A stretch of 64,000 bases of DNA from Deltaproteobacteria bacterium. GTDB taxonomy: Bacteria; Myxococcota; Kuafuiibacteriia; Kuafuiibacteriales; Kuafuiibacteriaceae. The notes beneath the pieces are model-generated. The model searched no databases. It was not told where the DNA came from and saw nothing but the letters and a program-made list of their open reading frames with translations. This document shows, piece by piece, positions 1 through 9,211 of this stretch (position 1 is its first letter; each line of letters starts with the position of its first letter). The stretch spans positions 128,001-192,000 of the forward strand of contig JAVJQW010000033.1 of assembly GCA_040218735.1 (NCBI GenBank), read 5' to 3'. The translations under genes were made by a program, and so were the position numbers.

Positions 1-300
1 CGTCGGGCCCTCGAACGGGGTGACGGCGTAGCCCTTCGCTTCGAGCTGCTTCACCACGGCCGACGCGAGCGCCGCGGTCATGGCCGGGTCGGTCGCGTCG
101 AGCGCGAGTGTCGTTTCACGCTCCACCGGTCCGGGGCTCTCGACACGAAAGTGCTCGCCGCTCTCGGTGGCCGGCGCCGCGGCGACGAACAGGGCGACGC
201 TCTGCTTGGGGAGCTTGGCGAGGCCCTTCCGCTGGTACGCACGCCCCTGCGTCGATGCGCAGCCGAAACAGAGCAATCCAAGGGTTAGGGCCGCCCGCAT
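1..300 (-). CDS. Hypothetical lipoprotein, 3'-truncated by the window edge
   Basis: Not in the ORF track. Manual translation from ATG at 300 gives MRAALTLGLLCFGCASTQG...KQLEAKGYAVTPFEGPT, open to position 1, with a lipobox-like Cys. Confidence 0.7.
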   Translation of the reverse strand, partial: MRAALTLGLLCFGCASTQGRAYQRKGLAKLPKQSVALFVAAAPATESGEHFRVESPGPVERETTLALDATDPAMTAALASAVVKQLEAKGYAVTPFEGPT

Positions 301-530
301 AGAAAGACCACGCCCTCCACCTGCACTTCCTTCGGCCGGTACTCGATGCACGCGCCCCCGTCCGAGCACGTCATGTCTTCGTCGCAGCGCTCCAAGCACG
401 CGCGTCGACCGGTGATCACGTTGACCGCGCAGGCCTCGCCCGCGCCGCAGTCCGTGCCCTCGCTGCATACGTCTTCGCCTCCGCCGCAGCCGAGTGCGAA
501 CACAAACACGATCGTGATCGCTCGCTGCAC
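285..530 (-). CDS. Small Cys-rich lipoprotein
   Basis: Signal peptide ending ALGC, followed by several Cys (C..DC..C..C..C). GTG at 530 is the likely start. Confidence 0.65.
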   Translation of the reverse strand: MQRAITIVFVFALGCGGGEDVCSEGTDCGAGEACAVNVITGRRACLERCDEDMTCSDGGACIEYRPKEVQVEGVVFLCGRP

Positions 531-578
531 GTCGGATCGATAGCGCACTCCGTCGCAGCGCGCATCCTGGACGGTGGC

Positions 579-1337
579 TCAGGTCGCGCCGCGCCAGGCG
601 TCGCGATCCGCGAGGACGACGATCGCGAAGACACACCACATCAACGTGTGGGCGAGCGCGGGTGTCACATCATCGGGGAGGGCGCGGTGTGAGTTGAACA
701 GGTGCATGCCAGCATGCACGAGCACCATCGGGAGGAGGTGTTGGTCGGTGCGGTTGTAGAGCCAACTCATCCCCACGCTCCCCGCCAGGATCATCAGGAA
801 GCCGAGGCCCATCGCGCCCACCGACAACCCGGCGAGGTAGAACATGAGTACGTGCCACACGGCCCAGACCGCGCCGAGGATCAGCGCGGCGGTGAGGCGC
901 GAGTAGCGGCGCTGCAGGCGAGGGAGCGCGAAGCCGCGCCACCCGATCTCCTCGACGATCGGCACGAGCGCCAACGCGACGAAGTGCTGCGGCAGCGTGG
1001 GGAGGTGAAGATACGAACGGTCGCCCCAGGCGCCGAACGCTGCGAACGCGGCGCCCCCGATCACGAGCAGCGCGCCCGGCAAGACCAACGCTCCGGCGTA
1101 CCACGCGAGCCAGCGCGACCGAGGTCGCAGTCCGCCGAACAGCGCGCGCAGCGACGCATCGCGGTCGCGGACCGTGAAGACGATCGCGGCGACGAGCGGG
1201 CCGAAGCCCCCGAGCCCCGCCAGTGGCACGAGCGACTCGAACGGCGTCGCGATGATCCCGGCCTTCGCGAGCGCGGCCGGGAGCTGGAGCCCGAGCGTGA
1301 ATACGAGCGTGAGGGCGAAGAACGGGGCGACATTCAT
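579..1337 (-). CDS. CPBP/Abi (CAAX-like) intramembrane metalloprotease
   Basis: Multi-TM protein with EExxxR (VEEIGWRG), WAVWH and a C-terminal H motif (VHAGMH). Confidence 0.9.
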   Translation of the reverse strand: MNVAPFFALTLVFTLGLQLPAALAKAGIIATPFESLVPLAGLGGFGPLVAAIVFTVRDRDASLRALFGGLRPRSRWLAWYAGALVLPGALLVIGGAAFAAFGAWGDRSYLHLPTLPQHFVALALVPIVEEIGWRGFALPRLQRRYSRLTAALILGAVWAVWHVLMFYLAGLSVGAMGLGFLMILAGSVGMSWLYNRTDQHLLPMVLVHAGMHLFNSHRALPDDVTPALAHTLMWCVFAIVVLADRDAWRGAT

Positions 1338-1438
1338 CCGCGGGCTTCGACACTCCAGCCACGCGTCGGGTTCCCACATCGGACGGACGACGTACACCTT
1401 CCACCGAACCAAAAGTTCCTGAACCCGATAACCGTCGA

Positions 1439-3253
1439 GTGCCCACGCGTGTGAATCGGCCGCGGGTCCCGACGGGGCTCGTCGGCCTGGACGCCGTGGA
1501 GCGCGACGCGAAGCTGCGCGCGAAGAACCCGTCCGCGCCGACGCTGAACATCCCCCTTCAGTTCGGTGAGAACGTCCTCAACTTCGGCCGTGCGCTGGTC
1601 GTCTCCGACCCGGAGCCGGTGGACGGGCGCCCGGGCTTCTTTGCCCGCACCACCGAGTTCGCGATGTCCGGCTCCGCGGGGACCTTCGTGCCGGTGCCGG
1701 TCGCCGGCTACCTCTACGGCGGCGGCCGGCGGGACACGTCGGCGAAGGTCGAGACGATCCTGGCCTCGTCCGCGCCGCTCGCGAAGGTGCCCGCGTCGGC
1801 GGAGGCCGTGTTGGCGATGAAACCTCACGAGTCGGTGGCGATCGAGCGCACCGGGCTCACGAAGCTCTTCGGCGGCAACATGAAGTGCACGCTCGACGAG
1901 TCGACACCCGACGGATCGTGGATCGCGGGCGGCCCGATCGCCGCGGACCTCACCGTGACGATCGAAGGGGAGACGCGCACGGAGATCGAACGCGGCGAAG
2001 GCCGCGAAGTCACGGTGCGCGTGCTCGCCGACACCGAGAAGTCCGTGGACGGCACCGTCGGTGCGCACGTCGGTTTCTACCTGTCGTGGCCGGGGCGCGT
2101 GGCGTGGGAGGTCGTGCGCCGCTTCCGCGACGCGGAGAAGACGGCGACGGAGATGGCCGCGATGCCGACCTGGCGTGAGCACACGTCGGGTGCGTTCGTC
2201 GGGGTGTCGCGCGGTCGCGGTCGCTCGGTGATGGCGGAGCTGAAGCTCGATCTGTCGAAGGCGTCCGCGCGCGAGGCGTACGTCGCGGCGGTGCGCGGGG
2301 ATCTCGAAGCGGGCCGACGCCTCGCGGAGGTGCCGGGCTCAGGAGTGGTCGTCGACGACGCGTACACCACGGATATCCAGCGTCGCGCGGTGCCCGTGAG
2401 CTTCGGTCTGTTCGGTCTCGGCGTGAGCTGGGATCACGTGAAGGAGCGCCACGAGACCGTCGGGTGGATGGAGGGCCAGCCGTACGATCAGACGCGGGAC
2501 GTCGACACCAAGGAGAAGTCGACGACCGGGCTCGACCTGTCGACGCACCACCGCACCGCGACGCTCGACGCGATCACCACGCGCATCGCGGGCGCCGCGC
2601 CGCGGCTCGACGCGCGCGTGGGGTTCACTTCGACGACGTCGGATCCGCTGACGAGCAAGGAGGAGCTCCTCGAAGAGATCGACTTCGTGCGTGCGATGCT
2701 CGACGACGACCGCGAGCCGCCCGAGCTCGCCGAATACCGCGCGCAGATCGACGCGCTGGATCCGTCGCGGTTCATGTGGCTCGGTCCGCGCGACGAAGGC
2801 GGCAAGACGTCCGCGACGATCGACGTGAAGCTCCCGCGCGGCGCCGCGCAGACCCTCGCCGCGATGCCGGAGCAGACGCTCTACGCGACGTGGGCGGAGG
2901 TGTTGGGTGGTCGTCCTGACTGGATCGATCCGGACGTCCGCGCGCGCTACGACCGAGAGTCGACGGACGGGCGCCTCGATGCGCACGAGCTTTCGCCGCA
3001 GTACCTCGATCGTCGCGCGGACTACTTCGCGGCGCGGCAGGTCGTGCGTTCGCTCAAGGCGCTCGGCAAGGGCACGGCGCACCAGCGCAACCGTGCGTTA
3101 CGCGACTTCGTCGGGACGGGATCGAACCGACGACCGCGCCTCGCGCTCGTGGGGCGGCTGTTGGACCCGGACGTTTCGCTCTCGGTCGACAGCAACCGCG
3201 GACCCGCGGGGCGGCTGCTCGACTTTACGTTCACGGCGAAGGCTCGCGCCTGA
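1439..3253 (+). CDS. Hypothetical protein, about 600 aa, no clear signal peptide
   Basis: Long ORF with GC3-biased codons and normal amino-acid composition; no motif recognised. Confidence 0.75.
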   Translation: MPTRVNRPRVPTGLVGLDAVERDAKLRAKNPSAPTLNIPLQFGENVLNFGRALVVSDPEPVDGRPGFFARTTEFAMSGSAGTFVPVPVAGYLYGGGRRDTSAKVETILASSAPLAKVPASAEAVLAMKPHESVAIERTGLTKLFGGNMKCTLDESTPDGSWIAGGPIAADLTVTIEGETRTEIERGEGREVTVRVLADTEKSVDGTVGAHVGFYLSWPGRVAWEVVRRFRDAEKTATEMAAMPTWREHTSGAFVGVSRGRGRSVMAELKLDLSKASAREAYVAAVRGDLEAGRRLAEVPGSGVVVDDAYTTDIQRRAVPVSFGLFGLGVSWDHVKERHETVGWMEGQPYDQTRDVDTKEKSTTGLDLSTHHRTATLDAITTRIAGAAPRLDARVGFTSTTSDPLTSKEELLEEIDFVRAMLDDDREPPELAEYRAQIDALDPSRFMWLGPRDEGGKTSATIDVKLPRGAAQTLAAMPEQTLYATWAEVLGGRPDWIDPDVRARYDRESTDGRLDAHELSPQYLDRRADYFAARQVVRSLKALGKGTAHQRNRALRDFVGTGSNRRPRLALVGRLLDPDVSLSVDSNRGPAGRLLDFTFTAKARA

Positions 3254-3264
3254 CCTCGCTCGTC

Positions 3265-3446
3265 GAGAGCTGACCCGGTGACGAGACGGCCGCTCGCCGG
3301 CCCTCGACGCGCCTGCTCGAACCGCGGCCTTCGGCCGCCCTTTCGGGCCGCTCGGTCCCTGGGACCCACCCAACTCCCTCCGCGGCGGCTCGACCGTGCG
3401 CGCCGATGACTCGACGAGCGCCTCCCTCGTCACCGGATCAGCTCTC
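3265..3446. repeat. 182-bp intergenic element with 21-bp terminal inverted repeats (MITE-like or structured RNA)
   Basis: GAGAGCTGACCCGGTGACGAG (3265-3285) and CTCGTCACCGGATCAGCTCTC (3426-3446) are 20/21 complementary. An internal hairpin GCGGCC-TTC-GGCCGC is present. Confidence 0.7.
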
Positions 3447-5044
3447 TAGCGCCGCTCCTGCGCGGCGACCTCGCGTTCGAGGCGGTCGAGCTCCCGCGCC
3501 CACACGTCCTGCTGACCTTGGTACGTGAACAGGTTGTTGATCTCCGCGACGAGCGCGTCCGCGCCGGCCGTCTGCAGACCTCGCGCGCGCGTGAGCAGGC
3601 GCTTCGTCGCGGTGGGGAGGGCGACGCGCTGAGCCTTCGGAGGAGCCGGCGGCGGCTCCGCCGGGGCCGGTGCAGGGCGCGGACGCGCGCGGGTGCGCTT
3701 CGGCTCCGGCCTGGGTTCGCGCGCCGGCTCCGCTCTGGATTCCGGAGGGGGCTCGGGCTCGGGCGCGACGGCGGCGACCGGGGTCGGCCGCGGGGTGATG
3801 CCGGGCGCCGCGGTCGGCTGCGGGCTCACGGCGACGGGCGGGGCTTCGACCGGTGCGGGCTGTGTCAACTCGTCTTGCAAGACCATCCCGCCACCGACGG
3901 CGCCGGCGAGCAGCGCGATCTGCAGCGCGATGCGCCCCGCGCGAGACTTCTCACGGCGCTCCGGGAGCGGGGTCTGCAGGAGCGCAGGGGTGTTCTCGAA
4001 CGTCGGGTCCGCGGGGACTTCGACCGGAACCTTGGGCTGCGAGAGCTTGGTGTGCCCGAGATCGAGCCGGCCCAGATCGGTGACTTCACTCTTGGAGGCG
4101 GCGAGCTCCTCCCACAGAAGCTGCCCGGCGAGGAACCACGCGGCGCCGGGTGCTTTGCGTTCCCCCGCGATGCGCTCGAGCGCGCGCTCGAACTCGGCCG
4201 CGTTGGCGAAGCGCTGTGCGGCGTCGTGCGCGAGCGCCTTCGCGAGGACGGTGTCGAGCGCGGAGGGGAGCTCGGAACGAACGCTCGACGGCGCGCGCCA
4301 CGGCGGCGCCGCGCACGCGAGGACACGATTGCCGCTCGCCTCCGTCTTCACGAACGGCTCCTGCGTCGCGAGCTCCCACAGGATCAACCCCGCGAGGTAC
4401 ACGTCCGTGCGCTGGTCGGTCGCCTCGCCGAACACCTGCTCCGGCGCCATGTACCCCGGCGACCCCATCACGACGCCGGGCGCGGTGCGCCACTGCTGCA
4501 TCACCGAGCGACCGAGGCCGAGGTCGATGATGCGCGCGTGGGCGTCCTCGCCGAGCACGATGTTGCGCGGGGAGAGATCGCGGTGGACCGCGAGGAGCGG
4601 CGTGCCGTCGTCGAGCGCCGCGGTGTGGATCGCCGCGAGGCCCGCGAGGACGTCGAGCCCGATCTCCGCGGCGGCCTGGAAGGTCATCCGGATGTCGGCC
4701 TTCGCGAGCTCCTCGAAGAGCCGCGCGAGGGTCCACCCCGCGACGTACTCCATCGCGATGTACGGCGTGCCGTCGACGAGGCCGGCGTCGTAGACCCGCG
4801 CGACGTGGGCGCAGTCGATCTTCAGCGCGAGCCGCGCCTCGTGCGCGAAGCGTTGGCGGACCCGCTCCTGGTCCACGAGGTCGGCGTGCATCCGCTTTAC
4901 GACGACGACGCTCGGCCAGCCTGGCTCCGGCTCCAGCACGCGCGCGATGTGGACGTCCCCGGTGGCACCGAGCCCGATGCGCTTCAGGAGGGCGTAGCGC
5001 CCGAAGTACTCGACGTCGTGCACGCGAAGGACCGCCCCCTCCAA
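3446..5044 (-). CDS. Membrane Hanks-type Ser/Thr protein kinase
   Basis: GLGATG, VVVK, HRDLSPRN, DLG, GSPGYMAPEQ; then one TM helix, a Pro-rich linker and a helical tail. Start is TTG 5044 or GTG 5023. Confidence 0.93.
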   Translation of the reverse strand: MEGAVLRVHDVEYFGRYALLKRIGLGATGDVHIARVLEPEPGWPSVVVVKRMHADLVDQERVRQRFAHEARLALKIDCAHVARVYDAGLVDGTPYIAMEYVAGWTLARLFEELAKADIRMTFQAAAEIGLDVLAGLAAIHTAALDDGTPLLAVHRDLSPRNIVLGEDAHARIIDLGLGRSVMQQWRTAPGVVMGSPGYMAPEQVFGEATDQRTDVYLAGLILWELATQEPFVKTEASGNRVLACAAPPWRAPSSVRSELPSALDTVLAKALAHDAAQRFANAAEFERALERIAGERKAPGAAWFLAGQLLWEELAASKSEVTDLGRLDLGHTKLSQPKVPVEVPADPTFENTPALLQTPLPERREKSRAGRIALQIALLAGAVGGGMVLQDELTQPAPVEAPPVAVSPQPTAAPGITPRPTPVAAVAPEPEPPPESRAEPAREPRPEPKRTRARPRPAPAPAEPPPAPPKAQRVALPTATKRLLTRARGLQTAGADALVAEINNLFTYQGQQDVWARELDRLEREVAAQERR

Positions 5045-5073
5045 GGTACAACAAAACCCATTAGACTACGGGG

Positions 5074-7434
5074 GTGCGGTCCCTGGCCCCCGTGTTCGTC
5101 GCCTTGTGCGCGTGTTCGTCGAATCCGCGACTCTCGGTGCCCCCGGAGCTGTCGGACGGCGACGCGGTGGTCTTCTACATCGCGGTCGAGGACGAGGATC
5201 CGGTGCTCTACGCGGCCGACGTCGCGGGGGAGGACATCGTCGTCCCGATCGACCTCGAGCCCGGCCAACGCGTCGAGACGGAGCTCGCGATCTACGACGA
5301 CCGCGCGCTCACCGAGCTGCAGCTCCCCCCGGGGCTCGTCACGTTCGAGACCGAGGGCGCGCCGCTCCCGGAGCCGAGCGCGCACTATGCGCTCACCACC
5401 GACGGCCCGCCCGCGGGGGCGCCGTTTTCACCCCTGGCGTGGTCGAGCTCGCGTCTCGCCGAGGCGCGTCTGTCGCGGTCGTTGCTCGCGTGCCTCGAGG
5501 CGCGCCGCTGCCTCACGGCGGAGGGGCTGTGTGTGGCGTGCGCGGGGCCCGAGCAGATCGATCCGCCGATGTCGCCGAGCCCGGTCGAGGTGACGTGCCC
5601 CACCGGGTGGACGGTGAACACGATCGCCAATCAGGACCCGCCGATTCAGATCTGTGACCCACGCATCGCGCAGGACCGGTTCGACTGCCCGCTCGGCGAG
5701 GCACGCAAGCTCGGCGACGACGCATGTACGCGCGTGGGCCGAGCCTGTCCTGCGGCGGGCCGATTTGCGGAGGGGGTCACGGGTTTGTTCGTCGATCCCA
5801 CCGCGGCCGCGGGCGGTGACGGCACGTTGGCGGCCCCCTACCGGACCCTCGACGAGGCACTCGACGTCGCGGACGGGAGCGCGCCGATCCTCCTCTCCGT
5901 CGGCCGCCACACCTCCGCGACGCGCAACGCGCTCTTGGACGCGGGCACCGCCGAAGCGCCGATCACGATCCGCGGCGCGTGCGCGACCGAGACGACGCTC
6001 GCGGGTGGCTTCGACGGGATGCGTTCGCACCTCCGCCTCGAGGATCTCGCGGTCGACGCGAGCGGCGCGTTCTACGTCGGTGCGGGCGGGAGCGTCGCGC
6101 TGGAGGGCGTGGCGCTCGAGTCCACCGTCGCGCCGATCCCGATCTACCAATCCAACGGGGCGCTGCTGCTGCGTGACGTCGTCGCGGACTCGAGCGGTGG
6201 CTTTGTGCATGCGGTCGAGTCGTCCGTAGTCGTCGACGGCGTCGTCGCGCGCGCGGTCGACGGGCACATCGTCGAGGTGACCGGCGGTCCGTCGGCGACG
6301 GTGCGCGACGCGGTGTTCGTCTCGGGGCGCCGCGAGCGACCGCTGTTGCGGATCGACGAGGCGACGCTCGTTCAGCTCCAGCGCGTCGCGTTCGAGGAGG
6401 CGGTCTGGACCGCCGTGCACATCGACGGCGGCGAGAGCGCATCGATCGAGGACCTGTTCTTCCGCACCGAGTCCGGTGTGCGCTTCCCGACGGTGTTCGC
6501 GGTCGTCGCGCACCGCATCAGCGCGAGCCTGCGACGCGTCTGGGTGCAGGGGGCGCTGGGGTTGTTCCACCTCGAAGCGCAGCTCGACGTCAGCGACGTC
6601 GTCGTGAACCCGGACAGCCCCGGCACGACGCAGGGGAGGCCGGCGGCGATCTGGATGGCCAATGCGTCGAGCGGCGCGCTGCGGCGCGCGGTGGTCTACG
6701 ACGCGCGCCGCCGCGGCATTCAGCTCGAGGCGTCGAACGTGGTGCTCACCGATATTCGCGTGCAGGGCGTGACGCCGGAGGAGGGCGCCGACCCGCCGGA
6801 CTTCCGCGAGGGGACCATCGGCATCTACATCACCGGTGAGCCGGCGACGGAGCTGTCGCGCGTCGTCATCCAGGACGTGGAGGGCGTCGCGCTCGCGCAG
6901 GCCACGGGCATCGCGTCGATCGGGCGCGAGCTGCGGATCAACGACCTCAACGTCAGCGCGTCGGGACCGACCAGCTGCTACGCGCGCGTCGGAGGATTCA
7001 TCGCGGGCGCGACCAACTACGTGATGACGCGCGCGCGGCTCGCGGACCTGCGTGGTCCCGCGATCGGCATGGACCTCGTCTCGGTCGGCGGTGTGCCCGC
7101 GCTCGCGGCGATGGTCGCGGACCACATCACGGTGTCGGGCGTGACGCGCATCCCGGAGTGCCCCGATCTGCCCGGCGCGATCGTCATCGCGGAGGGCGCG
7201 CAACTCGACTTGCGGAACTTCGAGGTCGGGTCGGCCGCCGCGCCGGGGATCGTGGTGCGCCCGAACACGGTGAACGCGGTGGACTACACGCTACTGGACG
7301 GGCGGTCGGGGCGGATCCACGACGTGTCCGTGGGGATTCGGTACGAGGTCGCAGACCCGCGCCTGGACGCGCTGGTGGACGTGAAGATCGAGCCGAGCGA
7401 CGGCGGCGCGGTGATCGAACACATCGCGCCCTAG
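5074..7434 (+). CDS. Lipoprotein with a Cys-rich segment and right-handed beta-helix (DUF1565-like cap)
   Basis: Lipobox LCAC, the motif FVDPTAAAGGDGTLAAPYRTLDEAL, then repetitive beta-strand segments. Confidence 0.8.
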   Translation: MRSLAPVFVALCACSSNPRLSVPPELSDGDAVVFYIAVEDEDPVLYAADVAGEDIVVPIDLEPGQRVETELAIYDDRALTELQLPPGLVTFETEGAPLPEPSAHYALTTDGPPAGAPFSPLAWSSSRLAEARLSRSLLACLEARRCLTAEGLCVACAGPEQIDPPMSPSPVEVTCPTGWTVNTIANQDPPIQICDPRIAQDRFDCPLGEARKLGDDACTRVGRACPAAGRFAEGVTGLFVDPTAAAGGDGTLAAPYRTLDEALDVADGSAPILLSVGRHTSATRNALLDAGTAEAPITIRGACATETTLAGGFDGMRSHLRLEDLAVDASGAFYVGAGGSVALEGVALESTVAPIPIYQSNGALLLRDVVADSSGGFVHAVESSVVVDGVVARAVDGHIVEVTGGPSATVRDAVFVSGRRERPLLRIDEATLVQLQRVAFEEAVWTAVHIDGGESASIEDLFFRTESGVRFPTVFAVVAHRISASLRRVWVQGALGLFHLEAQLDVSDVVVNPDSPGTTQGRPAAIWMANASSGALRRAVVYDARRRGIQLEASNVVLTDIRVQGVTPEEGADPPDFREGTIGIYITGEPATELSRVVIQDVEGVALAQATGIASIGRELRINDLNVSASGPTSCYARVGGFIAGATNYVMTRARLADLRGPAIGMDLVSVGGVPALAAMVADHITVSGVTRIPECPDLPGAIVIAEGAQLDLRNFEVGSAAAPGIVVRPNTVNAVDYTLLDGRSGRIHDVSVGIRYEVADPRLDALVDVKIEPSDGGAVIEHIAP

Positions 7435-7441
7435 AGCCTCG

Positions 7442-8236
7442 TCAGCGCTCACACGCGCCGGTGCCGACGGGGAGGCAGAACCGGTAGCTGTCGTCCCGGT
7501 TCGCCACCAGCACCCCCGCGGCGACGCCCACGACCGCGACGCCCACGCCGATCCCCACCCACGGCCAGGGGGACGACCACACCGATGTCGTCTCCAGCGC
7601 GACGTCGACGATCAGCGTCTGTCGCGCTTCGACGATCACCTCGCGTTCGAGCGGCGCGTAGCTCTCGGCCGTCGCGGTGATGACGTAGCGCCCGGCGGGG
7701 ACGACGACGCCGTCCGGGGGCACGACCTGTGCGCCGAGGGTCACGACGGCGGTCGGGGGTTGGACCTGTGCGCGAAGCACGCCGCCGCGCGGGTGGCCGG
7801 CGCCGTCGAAGATCTCCGCGAAGCGATCGGCGAGGCCTTCGACCGTGGGGCCGCGCGCTTCGAACGCGGTTTGCACCGTGGGTTTCGCGACGCCGGCACG
7901 CACCATCGTAATCGAGACGAGCGGTGGGGCGACTTCGAGGTTGGCGACGACGAGCACCGCGTGGGCGACGCCCGCGGTGCGCAGGCGCGATGCGATGCAT
8001 CGCGTGTCGGCGCGGCACGCGCGCAGCTCACGTCCGAGGGGGCGACCGATGCCGCCCGCGAGATCCTCCGGGCTGAGCGCGCGCAGCGACGGGACGAGTT
8101 GGATGGCGTCGCGCATCGCGCGGTCGAGCGAGGGCTCGTCGAGCGCGCGCGCCTGCGAGCTCACGACGCGGACCACCGTCGCCACCGGCTCGGGGGTCGG
8201 GAGCGCCGCGGCGAGGAGGAGAGCCGGCAGCACCAT
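7442..8236 (-). CDS. PEGA-like domain protein with a C-terminal TM helix
   Basis: Signal peptide; VPAGRYVITATAESY; WSSPWPWVGIG TM tail. ATG at 8236 overlaps the upstream TGA (TGATG). Confidence 0.75.
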   Translation of the reverse strand: MVLPALLLAAALPTPEPVATVVRVVSSQARALDEPSLDRAMRDAIQLVPSLRALSPEDLAGGIGRPLGRELRACRADTRCIASRLRTAGVAHAVLVVANLEVAPPLVSITMVRAGVAKPTVQTAFEARGPTVEGLADRFAEIFDGAGHPRGGVLRAQVQPPTAVVTLGAQVVPPDGVVVPAGRYVITATAESYAPLEREVIVEARQTLIVDVALETTSVWSSPWPWVGIGVGVAVVGVAAGVLVANRDDSYRFCLPVGTGACER

Positions 8237-9135
8237 CACGCGTCGTACTGGTCCGGTCGTTGGTCCTCGACGAGCTTCCAGCCCGAGGGGTCGGGGCGAC
8301 GGAGCAGCTCGAGATCGACGTCCGCCAACACGAGCCCCTCGTGGCTGCGGTCGTTCTCGATCGGGCCGTTCGGGCCGGCGACGTAGCTCTCCCCGAAGTA
8401 GTGCACGGCGAACGGCGGCTCGACGCCGTAGCGGTTCGAGCCGGCGATGAAGAGCCGGTGGCGCGCGGCGTCGACGAGGAACTCCATCATCCACATCCGC
8501 TCGGACTTCTCGCCGAACGTGACGGCCGGCGAGAACACGAGCTCGGCGCCGCGCCGTTTGAGCGTCCGCATCACGCCTTCGAAGTGACGGTCGTAGCAGA
8601 TGGCTACGCCGATCGTCGCGTAGCGCGTCGCGAAGACCGGGAAGAGGTCGCCGTCGGCCTCGTCGGCGCGGCCGTAGTAGAAGCCTTCGAAGAAGGTGCC
8701 CTTCTCGTTCGAGCCGTGCGGGATGTGCGTCTTGCGGTAGCGGCCGAGGTTCTTGCCGTCGGCGTCGAGCACGACCGCGGCGTTGAAGCGCCGGCCGTCC
8801 GGCGCGAGCTCGTAGATCGGCGCGACGATGACGATCTGAAGCTCCTCGGCGAGCGCCGACATGCGTCGCACCGTCGGCCCGTCTTCGGCGGATTCGGCGA
8901 GCGCCTTCCACATCTCGATCTTCGTCGCGGCGAAGTACGGCGCGGCGAACAGCTCGCCGAGGCCGATCATCTGCACGCCGGCCGCGACCGCTTCGCGAAT
9001 CAGGCGTTCGTGGTGGTCGAGGTTGGCCTCACGGAGCACCTCGAGGTGGGGAGCGAGTGACTCCAGGTCCTCGATACGCGCGGGCATCGGCGCGTACGCG
9101 TTCCGGGTCTCGGTCATGGCGATGCGTAGGTTCAT
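8236..9135 (-). CDS. Carbon-nitrogen hydrolase (beta-ureidopropionase / N-carbamoylputrescine amidase-like)
   Basis: Nitrilase E-K-C triad motifs GELF, YRKTHIP and ICYDRHF. Confidence 0.9.
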   Translation of the reverse strand: MNLRIAMTETRNAYAPMPARIEDLESLAPHLEVLREANLDHHERLIREAVAAGVQMIGLGELFAAPYFAATKIEMWKALAESAEDGPTVRRMSALAEELQIVIVAPIYELAPDGRRFNAAVVLDADGKNLGRYRKTHIPHGSNEKGTFFEGFYYGRADEADGDLFPVFATRYATIGVAICYDRHFEGVMRTLKRRGAELVFSPAVTFGEKSERMWMMEFLVDAARHRLFIAGSNRYGVEPPFAVHYFGESYVAGPNGPIENDRSHEGLVLADVDLELLRRPDPSGWKLVEDQRPDQYDA

Positions 9136-9211
9136 CTCGGGTGCGGTCCGCGGACGCTACCTCGGGATCGTCCCTGGATCTACGCGGTCGGCGTCCGCTA
9201 TGAGCGAGGTG

